Positions 28,170 through 32,000 of a DNA stretch of 32,000 bases are shown one piece after another. This DNA comes from a bacterium. Its GTDB lineage: Bacteria > Bacillota > Clostridia > TANB77 > RGIG9151. Position numbers and translations under genes: made by a program. The notes under the pieces were generated by a model. That model worked only from the letters and a program-made list of their open reading frames with translations. It ran no database searches and had not been told where the DNA came from. The stretch lies in assembly GCA_963635575.1 (NCBI GenBank), contig CAVHFU010000010.1, forward strand, positions 7,040-39,039. Reading direction: 5' to 3'. Within the stretch, counting starts at the first letter, position 1. Every line of letters starts with the position of its first letter.

Positions 28170-28219
28170 TTCGGTGCGATTATCAATTATTCAAGAATCT
28201 AATAGTAGAGGAGGATTTA

Positions 28220-28696
28220 ATGTTCACAAGAAAAGAACAGAGTTTATTTACTGACCCTTATTTCAAGATCGTAAGGGAAGAACAGCAGTATATTGAGGTT
28301 CAGTCTATCAACACCGGACACTGCTGGAATATTTTCAAGAATCAATTTGAACCTATCAGCAAGGTAAAACTGTATCACAAGCATAAAAGCACAGATCAGT
28401 ATTATCACGAGCATAGGAACTGCAGAACGGTTGCTGAGGCCGTTAAGGAAATAAAAGAGCATGATGAACATGTTCTTCAGGAGGCGGAGCGAAAGAAAGA
28501 GTGTAAAGAAAGCACTCCAAAGCAAGAAAGTCGCCATTTGAAAGTTTACACGACGACTGGCTATAATTACAAATCAACACCGATGATTATGCTGAAAGGC
28601 GAATGGCTTAGAAGCTGGGGATTTGATACGGGAGTTGAAGTCGACGTTATCTGTGAAGGTGATGGAAGGCTTACAATTAAAGTGGTGAATGGGTGA
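28220..28696 (+). CDS. SymE-like (AbrB/SpoVT-fold) domain protein with a His-rich N-terminal extension
   Basis: 158 aa with RBS GGAGGA at 28210-28215. The C-terminal RHLKVYTTTGYNYKSTPMIMLKGEWLRSWGFDTGVEVDVICEGDGRLTIKV follows the SymE-toxin-family pattern (...L.GKWLeeaGF..G..v.V....g.L.I). I did not recognise the N-terminal ~100 aa (KLYHKHKSTDQYYHEHRNC). Confidence 0.6.
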   Translation: MFTRKEQSLFTDPYFKIVREEQQYIEVQSINTGHCWNIFKNQFEPISKVKLYHKHKSTDQYYHEHRNCRTVAEAVKEIKEHDEHVLQEAERKKECKESTPKQESRHLKVYTTTGYNYKSTPMIMLKGEWLRSWGFDTGVEVDVICEGDGRLTIKVVNG

Positions 28697-28703
28697 TGAT
28701 ATG

Positions 28704-28739
28704 GCGTTACGGTGAAATAAACTGTAACGCTATATTTTT
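28704..28739 (+). terminator. Rho-independent terminator after the SymE-like gene
   Basis: gcgttacgg (28704-28712) pairs with ctgtaacgc (28722-28730), 9 bp with one G-U, followed by tatattttt. Confidence 0.6.
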
Positions 28740-28752
28740 AACATTTTGTAAA

Positions 28753-28772
28753 TTTGGTATGAGAATACCAAA
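28753..28772. promoter_or_regulatory. Perfect palindrome TTTGGTAT-N4-ATACCAAA abutting the -35 box (candidate operator)
   Basis: tttggtat (28753-28760) and ataccaaa (28765-28772) are exact reverse complements. The palindrome ends 5 nt upstream of the TTGACT -35 element. Confidence 0.35.
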
Positions 28773-28777
28773 ATATA

Positions 28778-28806
28778 TTGACTAGGAATAATTCTGATGA
28801 TATAAT
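28778..28806 (+). promoter_or_regulatory. Near-consensus sigma-A promoter with an extended -10
   Basis: TTGACT (28778-28783), a 17-nt spacer, then TGaTATAAT (28798-28806). The ATG of the next gene is at 28851. Confidence 0.7.
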
Positions 28807-28826
28807 ATCATTAAAAGGTTTAGAAT

Positions 28827-28839
28827 GTCCTGCACCAGG
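28827..28839 (+). repeat. Copy 2 of the 13-nt motif GTCCTGCACCAGG
   Basis: Exact match to 28157-28169. It overlaps the SD (AGGAGG 28837-28842) of the 28851 gene. Confidence 0.6.
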
Positions 28840-28850
28840 AGGAACTGACG

Positions 28851-30464
28851 ATGAACAAGAATGATGTAAGAATTGATAGAATATACTCCTTCTTCAATGC
28901 AATAAGAGGGAACAATACACCAAGTGAATACCAGAGCGTTCTAGCTATATTAAAAAAAGTCATGGTGCTGCAGAAGTGCGCATCCAATGAAATGGATTAC
29001 GATGAATTGTACCAGCTAATGATGAGCGTAGCTGAGGATTTTGAAATCGGAAACCCATTCCCTGATAAGGAAAGATTTGTAGATATCTATAGAACGTTAC
29101 AAGGGTTTGATGAAGTGACGTGGACAGATATTTTGGAATATGGTGATTCGAGAGCAAAGTTCAGAGCGCCGGAATCCGTTATTGATGAAATGGAGAATAA
29201 CTTTACTAATGGAGTGCGGGAAGTCCTAATCGCTGAAGCTGAGAAGTTTTCACCTTTCTTAGAAAGAATAATTGAAACTCATTGCGAGGCTCATTTTACT
29301 CTGACAACAATGGATAATTTGTACTACAAGATTTTAACAGAAATGTTCGATGACAATAAAATGGTAGATGTTAAGCAAACGAACATTTACCAATATGAAT
29401 TCACATCTGAACGTTTCGACCTGATCCTTGCGGTTCCGGTATTTGGCGTAAGGGATAAGGCGGATGAAGGCTCAGAGTTCATCTGTAGAGAATATGACAT
29501 GATTGCAGCAGAGAATCTGGCTCTTCATTTAAGAAGCGAGGGTGTGTTGTCTATCGTGCTTCCAGCCAAAATTACATTTGGCAGCGGGAATGTAAAAGAA
29601 TTAAGAGAGTTTCTACAGTCAATGTACTGCCTAAAAGAGATTGCAGAACTCCCTGCGGGAATCTTTGAAAATACCGGCGTGAAGACATTCCTCTTCAAGA
29701 TAACAACTGGAAGAACGGATGAGGTCACTATTAAACGTTTTGTATTTGAAGATGAGAATGCTCGTAAGAGTGGCAATAAAAAGCTTGTTCTTCAGGACGA
29801 TACCTTTGTTCTTGAAGATGAATTAACGGATATGGGTGACTGGAATGTTGACCGTATCTTTGAATCTCAGGATGAGGATTGGATTAAGTTTCAGGAGTCA
29901 AATGTGAAGAAGCAGGAGCTTGGAACTGTTGCAACAATCTTCAGAGGAAAATCTGTAAATCGCAAAGAACCGAATGGAAGTATTGGAGTTGTTAATATTT
30001 CCAATATAGGCGAATACGAGATTGACTATTCTTCACTCGACCATATTGAGGAAGAGGAACGCAAGGTAACGAATTATATCCTTCAGACAGGGGATCTACT
30101 GATTCCGGCCAGGGGTACTGCTATTAGAGTTGCTATTTTTGAAGAACAGCCGTATCCGTGCATTGCATCATCAAATGTGATTGTAATCAGAGCAACAGAT
30201 GTGAGCTTATCTACAACTTTCTTGAAGTTGTTCTTTGATAGTCCGCTTGGAAGAAAGATGCTTGTTACAAGGCAGCAAGGAACAGCTGTAATGAACATCA
30301 GCTACAAAGAGCTGAATAATATCGAAATCCCGCTTCCATCAATAGATGAGCAGAATTCGATTGCAGAAGAATATACAAGAGAGCTTGAAATCTATAAGAA
30401 GTCGATCCAGGCTGCAGAAAACAGATGGAACTCGACGTTAGCTAGACTTCAAGGAAGAATATAA
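28851..30464 (+). CDS. HsdM-like pseudo-methyltransferase fused to a single HsdS-type target recognition domain
   Basis: 537 aa. The N-terminal two thirds are colinear with gamma-class N6-adenine MTases: FRAPESVIDEM in place of YYTPRxVVxLM, VLIAEAEKFSPFL in place of VYDPACGSGGFL, FDLILAVPVFG in place of FDxVLANPPFG, then GVLSIVLPAKITFGSG...IAELPAGIFENTGVKTFLFKI. The C-terminal third is a Methylase_S-type TRD plus conserved helix (ELGTVATIFRGKS...LQTGDLLIPARGT...IEIPLPSIDEQNSIAEEY). Confidence 0.75.
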   Translation: MNKNDVRIDRIYSFFNAIRGNNTPSEYQSVLAILKKVMVLQKCASNEMDYDELYQLMMSVAEDFEIGNPFPDKERFVDIYRTLQGFDEVTWTDILEYGDSRAKFRAPESVIDEMENNFTNGVREVLIAEAEKFSPFLERIIETHCEAHFTLTTMDNLYYKILTEMFDDNKMVDVKQTNIYQYEFTSERFDLILAVPVFGVRDKADEGSEFICREYDMIAAENLALHLRSEGVLSIVLPAKITFGSGNVKELREFLQSMYCLKEIAELPAGIFENTGVKTFLFKITTGRTDEVTIKRFVFEDENARKSGNKKLVLQDDTFVLEDELTDMGDWNVDRIFESQDEDWIKFQESNVKKQELGTVATIFRGKSVNRKEPNGSIGVVNISNIGEYEIDYSSLDHIEEEERKVTNYILQTGDLLIPARGTAIRVAIFEEQPYPCIASSNVIVIRATDVSLSTTFLKLFFDSPLGRKMLVTRQQGTAVMNISYKELNNIEIPLPSIDEQNSIAEEYTRELEIYKKSIQAAENRWNSTLARLQGRI

Positions 30465-30476
30465 GGAGGTCGTTTA

Positions 30477-32000
30477 ATGTTAGGAGCGATTATCGGTGAC
30501 ATTGTGGGGTCACGTTTCGAATGGAATAATAATAGGAGTAAGGATTTTGAATTTCTCACATATAAGTGCTTTCCCACAGACGACAGCATTATGAGTCTGG
30601 CAGTGGCACAGGCAATTCTGGTTAGCAAGCCAGATCATAGTGACTTGTCTAAAAATGCTGTTGAATGCATGCAGGCGGTTGGAAGAAATTATCCAAACTG
30701 TGGTTATGGAGGAAACTTCTATGATTGGATCTTCTCAGATAGCCCTGAGCCATATAACAGCTATGGCAATGGCGCAGCGATGAGAGTGAGTGCTGCGGGA
30801 TTTGCAGCAGAAAGCTTAGAGGAAGTAAAACTGCTTTCTAAGTTAGTTACAGAAGTGAGCCACAATCATCCAGAAGGTATCAAAGGTGCCGAGGCTACAG
30901 CAGTTGCAATATATATGGCGAAAACCGGTAGCAACATGCTGGAGATAAGAGATTATATTGACAAGAACTATTATCCAATGGATTTCACACTGGATGAAAT
31001 AAGAGATACGTATCAGTTCAACGAAACGTGCCAGGATACAGTGCCTCAGGCATTGACAGCATTCTTCGAATCAACTGATTTTGAAGATGCAATTAGAAAT
31101 GCTATTTCCATTGGCGGAGACAGTGATACAGTTGCAGCTATTTGCGGCGGTGTTGCGGAAGCATACTACGGTATCCCTACAGATATCAGGAAACATGCGT
31201 TAACATTCCTGGACCAGCAATTGATGCAGCTGCTTATTTTGTTTGAAAATAAGTATCCGCCAATTATGGAGAAAAAACGTGATGACATGAGCGTTAGCAT
31301 CAAACGTTCTGCCAAGAAAAAGGTAAAGACGGGAGGTCGTGAAAAGATGATTCAGTCTGCTTCAGCTACTGCAGATCAGGAACTGAAAGAATCAATTCCT
31401 GAGAATGAAGAAACAACAAGCAAGAAGTTATTTGCTCATCTTTATGAGGCCTGCAATATACTTCGCGGACCTATTAATCAGGACGAATTCAAAGATTACG
31501 TTACACCAATCTTGTTCTTTAAGAGAATTAGTGATGTGTATGATGAAGAAACACAAGATGCTTTGGAGGCTTCAGGTGGGGACGAGGAGTTCGCTGCCTT
31601 TGATGAGAATCACAGTTTTATTATTCCAGATGGTTGCCATTGGAACGATCTCAGAAATGCAAGCAAGAATGTGGGTCTTATTATTGCAAAGGCTATGAAT
31701 GGTATTGAACGAGCAAATCCTGAAACGTTGAGTGGCGTATTTTCAAGTTTTGATGGTGTTACATGGACAGATAAATCCAAGCTGACAGATGAAAGATTAA
31801 AAGACCTGATCGAGCATATGTCTAGCTTGAAGGTTGGAAATAAGAATTATAGCGCAGATGTAATGGGAGATGCATACGAGTATCTCATAAAGAAATTTGC
31901 TGATCTTTCAAAGAAGAATGCAGGTGAATATTACACTCCTAGAACAATTGTCAAGCTTATGGTAATGCTTCTGGATCCGAAACCTGGTGACACGGTTTAT
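30477..32000 (+). CDS. hsdM: ADP-ribosylglycohydrolase domain fused in frame to the type I restriction-modification methyltransferase HsdM (3' end lies outside the window)
   Basis: This ORF is not in the supplied track because it is open at the window edge. I translated codon by codon from ATG 30477, with AAGGAGG at 30463-30469, and found 508 sense codons with no stop. Residues 1-~262 read MLGAIIGDIVGSRFEW...FPTDDSIMSLAVA...SIGGDSDTVAAICGGVAEAYYG (ARH family). A basic linker follows. From ~31422 the sequence is LFAHLYEACNILRGPINQDEFKDYVTPILFFKRISDVYDEE...GDAYEYLIKKFADLSKKNAGEYYTPRTIVKLMVMLLDPKPGDTVY (HsdM_N plus the start of N6_Mtase). Confidence 0.8.
   Translation, partial: MLGAIIGDIVGSRFEWNNNRSKDFEFLTYKCFPTDDSIMSLAVAQAILVSKPDHSDLSKNAVECMQAVGRNYPNCGYGGNFYDWIFSDSPEPYNSYGNGAAMRVSAAGFAAESLEEVKLLSKLVTEVSHNHPEGIKGAEATAVAIYMAKTGSNMLEIRDYIDKNYYPMDFTLDEIRDTYQFNETCQDTVPQALTAFFESTDFEDAIRNAISIGGDSDTVAAICGGVAEAYYGIPTDIRKHALTFLDQQLMQLLILFENKYPPIMEKKRDDMSVSIKRSAKKKVKTGGREKMIQSASATADQELKESIPENEETTSKKLFAHLYEACNILRGPINQDEFKDYVTPILFFKRISDVYDEETQDALEASGGDEEFAAFDENHSFIIPDGCHWNDLRNASKNVGLIIAKAMNGIERANPETLSGVFSSFDGVTWTDKSKLTDERLKDLIEHMSSLKVGNKNYSADVMGDAYEYLIKKFADLSKKNAGEYYTPRTIVKLMVMLLDPKPGDTVY

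Larger units (their letters stand above)
27790..32000. mobile_element. Left end of an integrated genomic island / putative integrative element inserted in the 3' end of rlmD (right end is outside the window)
   Basis: There is an abrupt rise in G+C and a change in codon preference starting around cacgtcgagacggtcg (27794-27809). Downstream cargo is of accessory type (SymE-like, restriction-modification-like). No recombinase is visible in the window. Confidence 0.5.

Noticed and set aside
31405-31698. The 97-aa plus-strand ORF listed in the track.
   Set aside because: It is out of frame with, and fully contained in, the much longer frame-0 ORF (30477 to beyond 32000), whose translation is a textbook HsdM N-terminal domain. 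The 97-aa product has no recognisable features.

Overview
This window appears to come from a low-GC Firmicute (Bacillota) chromosome, probably a Clostridia/Tissierellia-type anaerobe; that placement is inference. Bases 1-27.8 kb are ordinary core genome: hup (partial), thiI, rpsB-tsf, tcdA, a YnbB-type PLP enzyme, a WalR/WalK-like two-component pair, tsaB-rimI, a LonC-like protease, yceD, the complete F1Fo ATP synthase operon atpBEFHAGDC, an uncharacterised two-gene module, a convergent mutS2-rluA-family operon, an unknown membrane protein, rqcP/yabO and rlmD (rumA). I found no rRNA, tRNA or CRISPR. Within the last ~15 codons of rlmD the base composition and codon usage change, and everything downstream to 32000 looks like the left end of an integrated island. 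Its visible cargo is unusual. It starts with a SymE-like AbrB-fold protein fused to a His-rich N-terminal domain. Next is a 537-aa protein colinear with an HsdM-type N6-adenine methyltransferase but lacking both the AdoMet motif and the NPPF catalytic motif, fused to a single HsdS target-recognition domain. Last is an ORF absent from the supplied track, 30477 to beyond 32000. It has no in-frame stop and joins an apparently intact ADP-ribosylglycohydrolase domain to a canonical type I HsdM. I do not recognise this ARH-HsdM fusion with its pseudo-M/S partner as a described system, so it is my lead candidate. The secondary candidate is the 18.7-21.2 kb module: a VirB2-like-topology membrane protein plus a receiver-like/PKVE-repeat/degenerate ParA-MinD protein. 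All homology calls come from reading motifs by eye; no searches were run.
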